Shown piece by piece: positions 43,101-57,100 of a stretch of DNA of 64,000 nt. A program made the position numbers and the translations under genes. The notes under the pieces are model-generated. The model saw nothing but the letters and a program-made list of their open reading frames with translations, did not search any database and had not been told where the DNA came from. The stretch spans positions 216,150 to 280,149 of the forward strand of contig JAQGDQ010000311.1 of assembly GCA_030141605.1 (NCBI GenBank), read 5' to 3'. The number at the start of each line of letters is the position of its first letter. Within the stretch, counting starts at the first letter, position 1. Source of the stretch: Tubiluchus corallicola (taxonomy: Eukaryota > Animalia > Priapulida).

Positions 43101-46100
43101 ACCATGCGAACCCTGTACAGTAATGCAATATACGTACCCGTGTACCATTCCATTTTCTCTATAATTGACTTGTATGAACTTTCCAAAACGACTGGAATTA
43201 TTATTATGCGACGTCTTTGCATTTCCAAATGCCTAAAAAAATGAAAATTGAACAATGTTTAAAATCACACACTGTGCTGTGCATATGCAGCTGAGTAAAA
43301 GAAAACAATTTATGGCCATTAACTGTGGAAATGGTCACACAGGAGTGAGTAAATAGAAAGAATAGAAAAACAATTAAGACTGCAAAACACAACCATTACA
43401 AAATTCAGATAACAAAGAACTAATGATTACAGAATAGAATAAGAAGCAGAAGAAATAAATTTGAAAGATTATAGTCAGCTTGTACTGAGGAAATTTTTAT
43501 TTCATCAATTTAGTATTTTTTGCTAATTTCTGCATAGATTTGTGACACTTGTTAATACAGTTTTAAAGGAAAATATTTCTATATCACATTGCATAAATAT
43601 AGAACGTATTAGAATTAGAATCTGAAACTGTTATCTCTCCAAGTCAGCCAGGAAGTTGATCATAACATCAAATTCCTCGCCCCCTCACAAATACGCTATA
43701 TACATAATTTCGCCTTTAGCACTGGCAAGCTATTATTAGTCATATAAAAGACACATTCGGTTGCACGATAATTCGAATTGACCTAAAATATAATCCAAAC
43801 AGGTTGAGAACGAGGTACGCGACCCATCCGCTTCCCATACATACTCCCAGTTGAGTCAGGAAAAGTGAATTATAATTTATAATGAATGGTATGAATGATT
43901 TGAATAATTCATAAACCAATCAGCAAAACGCTTAACGTGCAGACATGAAACTCAAGATGCACACATGCAAAGCTAGGGTCAAAACAATGATTAGAGAGAC
44001 AAACGAGGGTTAGTTATATCTTAAAACAGCTTAAACATTGAAAAAATGCAATAACCAAAAGCTAAAAGACGTGGGCACCGAGGTGAGGGGGTTAACGTAC
44101 AAAAAATCAAGTTTAAGACGTAATCTAGGCTTCCAAAATGCTAAGCAAGCTCAAAGAACTACAGCTACATTGAGAGGCTAGAAGAAATGACTGAGCGGTC
44201 ACCCTGTCTTCCACTGTTGTTCGGCTGCGAAGATCAGCAGCGTCGTGTCTAGTTACCGAATAGATGGATGTCAATAGTTTCATACATGTCATAGTTGCTC
44301 TACCTGCTTACCTCATGGAAGGAGGGTGCGTACACTAGCTGCACCTCCAAACAGGGCTAAGACACATTTGCCAGTTCAGTGCCTCACCTTAAGAGAACAT
44401 CCTCGAAAAGCTGAGCCAGTTTCTTGTACAGCACAACTATTCACCATCAGCAGTAGAGTAAGTATCCACAAATTGACTCTGATACGCAGTGTGAGTGAAA
44501 CATCACAAGACATGATAAGTAAACAATTCTACTCTACATAACAACGCGCCGCTTTTAAACAGTATATCATTAGCAAACTCTGTACCTAGCCAACGTATGT
44601 TTTTACCCAAGCTTTAAATAATAAAACTAAGAGTAATTATTCATTAAAACTCTTTGCAAGGCGTACATGCAAGACACACTTTCATGAATTTTTCTCAAAT
44701 CGTGTTGTTTCAATATGGAACTCATCGCCTGTTTCTGTAAATGGTTCACCATTAGTTACTGCTGGAAATGTTCAGTTATTTCATGAAAGATTTGAACATG
44801 TTGATTTAACAAGGTTTCGAATAATTTAAATTCGATAGGCACATGTAAATAGCCTGGCTCTGTGTGTCCTCCTACACATCTTAATAAGTGCTAATTACGT
44901 AATATGGTAGTAGTTGTATTGTATTTTTATTTTTTAATGAATGGATGCGAATAACCTAAACTAAACTAAATAACACCACATTTAAAATCTGTTGTACAAC
45001 CGCACCCTATAATTAAAGTCAAGAGTTAGAGAAAACCAACACGTTAGCAACCCCGGCATTTACCGAATAGGATCTAGTCAATTTAGGCAAGGCAACATAG
45101 AGGACACAGATAAATTTTCAGGGTCCCGCTGCAGTTGAAAACAGCCACGTGTTCATTTTCAGCAGGCTTAACATTAACCACGCTATAGACCCGTAAATTT
45201 ACCACACCCGAAAGAGGATAAATTATAGGAGAAACCGACACCCAGTGTTTATTATTGAAGCTGTTGATAGGGATAAGCTGTGATAAACAAACTGTAAAAA
45301 ACTTCAACACCAGCGGCAGCATGTTTTCCTTCAACAAAATTCTCGTATCCGCGGACAGGACAGGACAGCTTTTACAATGTTCCAAGGCCAAATAAAAGTC
45401 ACTAAAACGTTGTGTAAATGAACAGTGGGGTTGAGTAATAGCTAAAGATCATCATTTAAGACAAAAATGATCGTTCAAGACAAAAAACACGTTTTCGTTG
45501 AGCAATAAAAACACGTTTATTTAGTAAACTTTAACAGAGCGGGTTCAAAAGCATCCCCTGCGGAAGACCGTTATTTATTATCTCTTGAACTAGCGACAAA
45601 AACTGCGGAGTTTAGGTAAACACCACACCTGCTGTAATAGGGTGCATTGAAAAATCAAAATTCACAGTACTAATTTTATTAAACCTAAAATATGATATAG
45701 TTAAATATGGTACATTAGAGTTCTTATTTGTAAAGTCCAACCCAATTAGAAGGCAACATTGGATGCCATGGCAAAAACTGTATTTCTATAGCATTACCAA
45801 AACAACTTCTCAAAAGCACAGATTCGAAATTTTCTTCCACTGCCATCTGTATTTGATTGCATCAATGTTGCATAAAAAACGAGTAAAGAGAGTCACGTAA
45901 ACTCGACTCGGTCCAGAAATTTAACTAATGATCATCCTGAAGTCTGAACAACACCAATCAAATTCCAAAGAACACTGAATTAATCGAAAACGTACACAAT
46001 TATTACAGGTTTTACACGTCAAATGTAGACACAGGAAAGTTCAAATGTGACTTATGTAAGTCAAATGTAGACATGGGAATTTCGAATGTGTTTTGGTAAC

Positions 46101-49100
46101 TCAAATGTGACTTAGGTAAGTCAAATGTAGATGCAATTAATGTTAAGAATGTAGTGGAATTGGTTCCCACTTCCCAGTGAACAGTGAATCACTAATTAGT
46201 TTTTCAAGTAATGCATTAGCACTGCATTAATGAATTAGTTTCTCTCAAGAAACACTGTTTATTTTAAGAATGTATTGTTTTCTCTAACAGTTCCAATGGT
46301 ATGTAATGTTTACAGAATATTAGTGAACCTATAACGTTGTTATTTTAACTTAAGAGCAATTGTTAAATTGAAATTAAAGAAGATTAAATTTAACATCCTT
46401 AAACTTTACCACCTATCCACATTTGAGATACCAATGTCACATTTGACTTACCAAAAACGCTTAAGATTTCTTGAAAACCATTGTTAACACATTTGAACTA
46501 CCTAAGTCTACATTTGAGTTACCAAGACACATTTGAGTTACCTAAATCTACATTTGAGTTAACGCAGGTCTACATTTGACATGTAAAACCTATAACACAG
46601 CAACAGACGTGAAATCTATTGTTACGCATATTAAACAGAATGGGAAAAATGGTTGAAAACACAACTTACGAGCGACTTCACATGCAGAAAAAGGTAAAAC
46701 ACCACACAAGATAAATTCCAAATGTTGGCCCACAGAACAATGAAAATACGTATCAGGCAACTACCTACTTTAACGATACAGTCAAACATAACACAACTTT
46801 CTATAAATCACGAGAATGATCTTGTTTTGCTGGACAAACGCGACTAATCGCGTAGGTCGCAAGTCCTCGTGTATTAAAAGTGAGTTATTAATCAAGCAAA
46901 CAGTCTAACGTAAGTTAAACAACAAATAAACTTTATTAGCCCACATTTGGTAAACAGTTAGTAACCAGGTAAAATGAGTTAATAGAGCAGTCAACAAATT
47001 CATCCGGTTAAACATAAATTAGATGAATCAGATGTTTTCCATGACGATAAGAAACTAAATTTCATGACCATATTGCTTAAGCCTGTTTTTGTGTAAAAAT
47101 CTGCACTTGACTCAAAGTAAAGTAATATACATTCACGATCACGTGTTTTAAACACTTTTTCTCTTTATCAGGAGTAAAAAAACCGCCTTAGCTTGATTGA
47201 TATATGAGCAAGTTTACGTAGTGCACAATCTTTGCACGTGTTTACATGCAGTACAATCATGTAATATGTAATAATCCACACACATCAAGTATCAAATCCA
47301 CGCAAGCCTTATTAATTGCAACAACTTACACATTTATCTGATAACATATATAAACCAACTTGAGACGTGTTTCTCTTATATTTGTTTAGTCGTGGTCTGT
47401 TTAAAAGTAGACATTTTGCAAAGTTCTCAAAGAACAGGTGTTTTCTTCATTCTGGATTACTTAATTATATAGCAAAATGTCATAATTTTAAAAATTAATA
47501 ATGTTTCCTAAATTAAACTGACAACATTAATGCACAGCAGTGTCTAAGAATCATTTTATCTATATTCGGTAAAGGATAGCAGACTAGGTGACTTTATAGT
47601 CTTTTCGCTATCCTTTCTCTAGTTTTTAGATCTATCTATTCTTCAAAAACTTATTAGTTTTTGTCTTATAACTTATCTGTTATTAATAATGTTTTATTGT
47701 AGTATTATAAAGAGATAAATAAATTAAAAATGAATTTAATTTAACGTGATAGAGAGAGAGTAAATGACTTGTATAAAATTCTAACTCTTTGGAACTTTTG
47801 ATCTGATTCCTCCCCCCCCCACCCCCACCCCCAAAGGTTTCTCCGTGGCACCTCTCATCCTCAAAAGATCACACAGTTGTTTCCTTTTAGAAGTGCGTTT
47901 GTAACGCACGTGTTTAGGCCTAATATATCCCTAAGTCGCGGGGGGACAAATCTCATTTTCATTTCAGAAGATTACCCCTCCAAGCCCACTACACCCACGT
48001 AGGTCCTAGACTCCTGATGTGAGCATTGGATACTAGGCTTGATAAGTGCCAAACTCTATAAAAAAAACCGAGGAACGTATCAGGGCAGTGGGACAAATTA
48101 AAAAAAAAATAGGACGGCTTCTTTATAGGTCATCCAGCAAAGTTCTTTTGTGTAGTATGTATGATAACCACTCAAAAACGAATAGAATATGATGGCTTTT
48201 CGCAACTTCCTTCTCCTCACATTTTAACGCAAAAATTCTAAAGGAATTCGACTGCGCCACAACTTTTACCCGGATTTCTCTGTTTTTGCAAAAGTGACTG
48301 CATTTTCGAATTTCAACATCTGCAAAACAGCTTGCTTTGAAATCTTAGGAGAAAATTGAAGAAGTTTAGTTAGTTAGTTAGTTGATGCGTTTCACACATG
48401 GATGCTTTCCAAAATTATCAGTGCGTTGAAACTCATTTATCCCGTCTCTTGGATTTTTTGCCGCATCAGCCGCAGTTTTTTTCAACTTCAATCAATTAGC
48501 TGGGTTTCAAGTCACAGTATGTTCCACGTCAATTACAAGACGGTTGGCCTAAAGCAGAAAGTACTTGAAATTTGCAACATTCTATTTGTCTATCTGTCCG
48601 GCTGTCCGTTTCTCTACATGTCTGCATATCTATCAACCTGTCTGTCCGAGTAGTGTGCTAATTTGAAGGCGAAATATTACACACAGAAAAGCTAAAGCGT
48701 GTCATAAGAGAAATGTCCTGTCCGTCCATCTAGCAAGCAGCTTGATTTTTCCCTTTATACGTTTCGCTGCCAATATACATGGTGGTATTTCTGGCCATGT
48801 TTTTGTTTACATCATCTGTGGCCTATCCGTCTGCCTGTGTGTATGTCTGTCCACATATATGAGCAACGCAGAAGTTTCAAATCGATGAATAAAACATAAA
48901 ACTGACCAGATATGTAAAAATATCATAAAAATCTTTGGCTGGCAATAAGACTTATGAGCATGACTATCCAATTACGATAAAGAATTTTAGTGTCAACCTA
49001 TCAAAAGTGTACTATATGATGACCAGCATTTACAATTCATCAAAGACATTTTCGCTATTATGTACAGTGAAAAAGTGTGACTACTACAGTGTTTCGTACT

Positions 49101-51065
49101 ATTACGCAATTTTGTATTCATGTTATGTGTACAAATGTACATGGTTAGTGAAGCAAACTTAGATCCGTGTATCAACAAGATGAGAGGAAACCCGAGGGTG
49201 AAGCCACAGACTTCCAATCTTGCAAGCCATGAATTCCAAGATGTGTCAGTTGTTAAGAAGCCCTGTTTATTTTCCGGTTACAAACTCCTTGGCCAGATAG
49301 CCAATTAGAAGAAAGCAAGCGCCAGGGAATGACCACTAGTATCTTCGGTTACAAGTCGAGTGAACGAAATAGAGCAGGCAGTGCAGTCAGTGTTGTTTAA
49401 TGTCAGAGGTACACCGCTAATGTCTTACACATGGTGCAAACTGGTCGAAAATAAACACGCAAAAATCTTGCATTGATTCCACAGCATTCTTCATTAGATG
49501 CATCTTCATGACAAGGGCTGTGTAAAAACACCTACAGTCGATTATCCAAGTAACCAGAAATTTCCGCGAACCACAACTCTGCAAACTATCTAAAAGCACA
49601 CACACAAACGGAAAGACAACTTTGTTTACTGATAAGGTTTAACGAAGTACGATCTTCTCTTTTTCTCTATCTTTGTCTATTATTTTATCTTAACTATTTA
49701 TCTATCTTTTATATTATCTCATATATGAGCTTCATTCACTACACCATTCCATTCTGTAGCACTAATGTTTTCTTTATCATACGATTCACTTCAAATTTTT
49801 AGATTATATTCATTACTTTTTTTCTTTCACAGTGTGGGACAATCTAACAAGCCCTGCTTTTTGATTGCCCGCAACACATTTACATTTGTATATATAGCAA
49901 ACCTAAACTATGGTATATCTAAACTAGTTATGTGCTCAGTAAACAAGTAAACCGTATACGAATTTACTAAGCAACCTACAACAGCGATAATTCTCTTGTT
50001 TATCTTTCAACCCCACATTATTTTGAGTCAAGTTAGTATATTTGTAATGATGCTGTACATAATGTTGTTTAGACACCATTATTAAAGGAAGTAGCGATAT
50101 CACTATCTTTGTTTACCATAGGTTGACTTACGTCTAAAGACAGTCCAAAATTTGCTTCCTATTATGTATCTTACTGTTTGTTATTCATTGAATTATTGAT
50201 AAATTTTTGTTTCTTTCAATGTATTAATTATGTAATTGTGTTGATGTGAAATAAATAAAATAAAAAAAATCAGATACAGTTGCAAAAAATAGAAAATTCG
50301 ACACTTATACAGTGTGTCTCACGCTATGATGTTTATAACTGGCACAATGGCAATTATTTAAAGACTGCAACCAGCATAGAACACCTGTGCTATTTTTGGA
50401 ATTGCATTAACTAAAACCAGTAAAAATATCGATAGTCGCCTTCTTGCAAAGTTTTAATAACGTGACTATTGCAGGCCAAAAAAAGTTTTTATTTACTAGG
50501 TCAGAAAAGTTTTTATTTACTAATCGATGCATTGCAGAAAAGCAGCATTGAAGACAAAATTACTTCCGGTGGAGTAACAAAAAAAGGTAGCATTTTGCTC
50601 TAAAAAGTGCTGATATGTACGAAAATGTGTGCACAAGAACTTAATTAAACAACAGGCGTCCAGTTCGAGGTTCATATTTTACAAGTTTGATGGCTAGGTG
50701 TGAATGCGTCAAACGCAAACGTTTACTCAAATTACGGTATTAATCTCTTCCTGTGCTGTTTTACTGAACTTTCTTGGGCCTTCAAACAAAGCGTGCAAAT
50801 TTACCCGTCAAATATTCGCTTTGCCCTCAAAACAAGTGATAATAATGGGGGTTGCTAGCAACGCAAACCTTTCGATTTTTGGCAGCTAACGCCACGAACT
50901 GTAGTTACTATACCAATTACGTAGTTCTAAACAGCAAAGGCGCTAATTTGCCCTGTAGTTATACTCAGTTTAGGGGAACTTCTGTAAAGTGCAGCTAACA
51001 ATAGGCCAGTGTACTAAACAGTCACACTGTACAAAAATTACCATAATGGTTAAGTAGCCGGTACA

Positions 51066-51110
<45 letters not shown>

Positions 51111-54100
51111 TACTACATAAATGTTTATTTTTTGTAATGATTCAATTAACGCAGCTGGATTAACAACAACTCACAGTTGTTCGAAAAACAATTTATGATG
51201 TACATGCATGTATTAAACGCATGAGACGCAGGCACAAGCCGTAGCATTTTGACCAGTAACTCTCAGCCTTGCGCTTCGATATTAAATACATTTAACCATT
51301 GCTTCTCCATACGTACAGTGACTAGCAACAGCACATATTACTACTTGGCATAAAAGAGATTAGTACTTCATTTTCGTCCAAGACAAAACAGCATAGCAAT
51401 CGGATACAGCCTATTCAATGTAATTACAGTTTTTAATACTGTGAATGTACTACAATACTGCCGTACTAGTGCAAGGTATTCAATGCTTACGGCGTACTGT
51501 ACAATGGATTTCTGGATTTAATGTGTTAGGTGACTTGCTGTTACGAAAAATTAAAGCCGTCATACCAGCTCATTGGGTTCAGACGTCTAGAATCAGTAAG
51601 AACACCCTCGTACCGAATACATTGCAAACAGCACAATACAAATTCGTCAAGATTCTTCAGAAACCTCACTAATAGCAGGCTGAAAAGTGTGCTAAACGTT
51701 ATTTATGCATGACAGAACGAACAACCACTGTTCCTGGATGGTTAAAGGAACGACCAACCTTCTCAGAAGTTAGGACTATTTTAATGTTCGCGATTTATTT
51801 AAAAGGATTTTGTAATAAGTGTCATAAGCGGTTCGTATAATTAGTAAAATAGCCTTGAAGTCGCGATCATTTCACGCTTGGGCGCTCCCATTTTGAACGT
51901 CCGTTCTTCCACCAATGACCAATGAAGTAAAGAACTGTCAATTTCCGTCAAAAGTATAACAACTTTTTTTAAAATTAGGTAGCTAATTTTGTGATATCTT
52001 TGCATGAACATTAGGTAAGCTGCAGAAATTAGAGTTAGTTTAAGCAGAGTGCTCTTGCGAAAAACCACGACGCGCTTACGAAAAGTCCACCAGTTACGTC
52101 ATAATTTTCGTGAATGGCGGCTACCACGGCGCTTAAAAATTTCTATTCAGCAGTAGAAAAAATTAACTTTACGCTTTGTAGCCAGATTTTTCGCAAATTT
52201 CTTTGTCATATTTTTCTAAGTTTAGGTGATAAGAATAGAATAAACCCAACATGCTAAGGACATGTTGTATATCCAACCCATAAATTTAATGATACGTAAA
52301 ACTACTTATAACGGTAGTCTATTACAGCAGTACTAATACTAGAAAGCTAATAGGTTAATCAATCAGTTCAAGTCAGTTCCTTTCCACTGAGTCACTCTGC
52401 ATGAATGCCCCCTAATTTCGACTAGTAATTGCCTGAAATGCTTTCTCATTATCTAATGACAGTGTTTATTGGTATAATTCTAGAACTCGACGCGTCTAAA
52501 ATCAGTTACAAATCGATTTCAACGGAAACTGGAACACCGCACACAGAACATGGAATTACTGACTTTAATCACGAGGTCCTGAAAGGAAACGTTGATGTTC
52601 AACACGGAGTGTTAGTGTTAGTTCATGTAAAGGACAGAGAGTCAAACAACAAAAATGATCTATTAAAGAAAAAATATAAATATTTTTTAATCTAGGAGCA
52701 GTGGCTCCTAACAGACCATACAATATTCGCAGATTTTTCATTTAAATTTCATCACGTTAAAGCAAAAGGTACCATTATGGAAAGGCTATGCAATATTAAC
52801 AATCACCTTCACACTTAAGTTACTTAAAGCAAAACCTAGGGTTATCAAGACATGGAACGTTCCTCACCACTATGAAGCACAATTTTCAAAAAATTGTTTA
52901 AGCTAAATGTTCTGTCCTAAGTATCCTGATTTACGGATCTGGAAAACGTTAATACAGTAGTTCCTAATCATATTCAAAACATGTGAAAAAAGGTTTATTT
53001 TTCTTCGAATAAGTTACAAAAATGAAGCACCCTGTGTATGCATACATCTCCACACGAATACAACTAGCAGGCATGTGAAAAAAGGTTTATTTTTCTTCGA
53101 ATAAGTTACAAAAATGAAGCACCCTGTGTATGCATACAGCTCCACACGAATACAACTGGCAGGCATGTGAAAAAAGGTTTATTTTTCTTCGAATAAGTTA
53201 CAAAAATGAAGCACCCTGTGTATGCATACAGCTCCACAGAATACAACTGGCAGGCATGTGAAAAAGGTTTATTTTTCTTCGAATAAGTTAAATGAAGCAC
53301 CCTGTGTATGCATACATCTCCACACGAATACAACTAGCAGGCATGTGAAAAAAGGTTTATTTTTCTTCGAATAAGTTACAAAAATGAAGCACCCTGTGTA
53401 TGCATACATCTCCACACGAATACAACTAGCAGGCATGTGAAAAACGGTTTATTTTTCTTCGAATAAGTTAAAAGATGCAGCACCCTGTGTATGCATACAT
53501 CTCCACATGGAAGACAACTAGCGGGCATGTTGTGTTGGTTTTCCCCTCCTCACTGCTGTTATTTACAAATAGCCAGGCGAGCAGACGTACACATTCCTTT
53601 GCAAAAATATTTGTATTAGGTAACGTTTTTCTATTTCTGTACTAACTATATATCATCCACAGTAAAAAGAGAAAGAGGCTCAGAGAGCTCTGCTATCAAG
53701 GAAAACGGTGACTTTTGAAATCTTCTTCACTTTCGGCAGCAGTTACAGAAAGCTGGCGTTAAGCACCAAGACTTAAGTTAGTCAAAATACAACAAACCTA
53801 GACCTAATTACTAAGCTAGCATACCACGTATAACAGTTACTGTAAATGCCACATGAACATTATGAAGAAATGTGCTACCGAAATGGGAAAAATGAAAATT
53901 TTTAGTCGTTATCAATTCGCGTACACAGTATGTGGTCTGTAGATAAAAACCTTTTCATAGTTCCAGGGATTGATGATGATCGTTAAAAGGTTAAAGGTTA
54001 AATGTACCAGACAACACATTTGTGTAACACTTGACAACGCCTCGCAGCCCATGCTACAGTAATAGTAACGGTTTTAACAGTTAACTAGAACCTTACCTAT

Positions 54101-57100
54101 TTCATTTTTTCTTGTTCCCAAGCAAGATTTTGCTAGTAAATCACTCTACACAGAGACTAATGCATAATTAAGTAAAGTACTCGTAAAACAATTGAAGTGC
54201 TGAACTAATGTTCTGCGTTACCCACATGCCACGTGACGAATGTAGTTAAGACGCGTTGCTGTGGTACAGTTAACCTTTGACCTGCAGTAACGCGTACAGT
54301 TAACCTTTGACCTGCAGTAACTACGCGTGCGCGCTACGAAACTAAATTAGTTAGCCAAATAACGTAGAAAACGTTTAAATATACATTCGAGTGAGAAAAT
54401 CCATGTTAGTTTTTCACAAGTTACAGAACGAACCTTAATACCTTAATACAGGGTCTGAGATGGCTATTTGAGCTGACATACAGAGGTACACTAAAATACA
54501 TGATACAGAAGTACACTGAAATAAATGGTACAGAGGTACACTGAAATAAATGCACAGGAATATTGCGAGAAATGTGCCATTATGGAAAGGCTATGCAATA
54601 TTAACCATCACCTTCTTCACACTTAAGTTACTTAAAGCAAAACCGGATGCACATCTTAAACTGTAGGTCAAAACAATGTACTCCTTAATTGAACGGACCA
54701 CACTATTTTTTCCAAAAATGACTTACGTGAAAGAATTTGTTAGCACACAAATACAATTTCACATTTTTTAGTTTCTGACGAACTACGCAAGTTTGTGACA
54801 GCTCAAGTGCAAGCACAGCGGTAAATTTTAATGTTGGGTGTTGTTTTGCCAAAAACAGGCGTACCCTCAGTTCAGTGTGTTAGTTTTGACGAATACCAGT
54901 TGAAGCTCAGAAGCACAGCGGTAAATTTAAATTAATTTTATCTTAAATGCAAGTTTTAGTACAACACGCTGAATATTTTATAGTAGCACTGTACTTCAAT
55001 TTTCGCTTTCGTAAACACGTGCAACACGCTCGCGAAATATTTTTACTGTTGAAGATTATGTTAGTTTGTGATGTCATCAATACTTGGGCTCCCCCGTCGT
55101 TAATTAAGTTTTTAATCTATTATTTAATTATCAGAAATGCTTTTGCAACATTAATTGTGTTAAAATGTATACGTTTTTTCGGATTTGAAAATGGGGTAGT
55201 ATATGAAAAATCATCCTGTCTTCCTTTTTAAAAGCAGACTCAACACTGAAGTGAAATAAAAAGTGAAGGCGCGATTCTTTCTGAAAGCAAAGATATGCTG
55301 CTGACTGATCAAGGCGGAACAAGTCTGGACAAGTTTAAAGTTTAAATTTGTTATCAAAGAGCCATATAAAAGCACACACACGTATCATTCAAATATACAT
55401 GTACATACAGATACGTACTTGTTTCCAATTGTAACATGTACAATTGGCACATGTATTGTAATAAAATAGCTAATTTAAGAAAAACTCTGTCAAAAAGTCT
55501 AGACAGAGTCTAGATGCCTAGAGCTACAACTAAGTCTGAATGAAAAATTTCACAAATTAATACTAACAGTTAAACAGTTTACACCTACTTTTACAACTTT
55601 TAGCTGTCTAATTTGAAAAATTATATTGAAAAATTCAAAGCTTGCTGCAACTGAAACTTATTTACCTTGATAAAAAAGCGTTTCCATGATATGTGCCACT
55701 AAAAGTAGCTGATAATTTGATAAGATAGCTTAATAATCTCATCCTTTAAAACATTTGCAGTTTGCATTACACTTTCATCAAATATTTTAGAACAAAAAAC
55801 TACACATGAATTTGTGAAATTGCAACACACATATCCGGGATTTTCAAAGAGCAAAAATACGAAGCCAATGAAGAGAACGAAGTGACACTCACCTCGAGAA
55901 CCGGTCCTGCACCAAGGATCGTTTGCTCCACCCCGCTAGCATGCCCGCCCTTCCGGGTAAGAGCTGTCAAGTGGTGCAAGAGAAAATTCGTACTCTCCGT
56001 TTTGCCAGACCCGCTCTCACCAGATATCACAATACACTGATTAACCTTTGTCCGTAGCATGGTATGGTACGCCGTGTCCGCAATGGCGAATATATGCGGC
56101 GGAAGTTCACCAAGTCGTCTGTTCTGGTACAATTGCACATACTTGGGATTGTAAATTGGGAAAAACTGAAAAGGGTTGACGGCTATCAATATGGAGCCCA
56201 CGTACGTATAAATATGACCACTATTAAAACGATCGCGTAAGTTATGCATCAACAAGTTTTCCGTGATTTCCGGCAAATTACACAGGTCGGCATTCTCCCG
56301 ATTGACGGGCTGATTTAGGAAAGCACTAATGACCTTATCCATGGAGCCGTGGTCGATGAAATCCAACCAGGAAATCTGAGTGGGAGACTCCTTCGGTTTT
56401 TCCCGGAACGACAGTCGGTGCTGTTGCGGATTCGGGTTGTTCTTGTCGGGCACTTCCTCTTTCGGCCAGAGAAGAAAGACGCTGGCGGGAATGTCCTCCT
56501 TCTGTAGCGAGCGAATCTTACAGTCTTGACCGGCGAATCCGACCACTTCGGCCAGTTCATAGCGGTCAATGTCTGTAAGATGTAGCAACCTTGCAATCTG
56601 AAACATACAATTTAATATGAATAAAGATTTCGACTAGCACTTTAAACTTGACCAATTCCAAAATTACAAGATTAAAATAACCGATGTTAGTGGTAAGAGT
56701 ATTTTCAAGCACATACGTATATTACTTTAGATTCTTCAAATCTTAGTTTCCAACAATCTTATCTATACATGATTTACAATAAACAAACAACATATGTATA
56801 TTACTTTAGATTCTTCAAATCCTAGTTTCCAACAATCTTATAAATACATAATTTACAATAAACAAACAACATATGTATATTACTTTAGATTCTTCAAATC
56901 CTAGTTTCCAACAATCTTATAAATACATGATTTACAATAAACAAACAACATATGTATATTACTTTAGATTCTTCAAATCCTAGTTTCCAACAATCTTATA
57001 AATACATAATTTACAATAAACAAACAACATATGTATATTACTTTAAATTCTTCAAATCCTAGTTTCCAACAATCTTATCTATACATGATTTACAATAAAC

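Noticed and set aside
45083-45640. Possible reverse transcriptase remnant ([10 protein letters not shown] on the minus strand) and a 102-aa ORF
   Set aside because: One motif-like peptide only; I could not extend it to other RT motifs.
52429-52695. 88-aa plus-strand ORF in the 12.6-kb intron as a nested gene
   Set aside because: No recognisable domain or partner exons; length is within chance.
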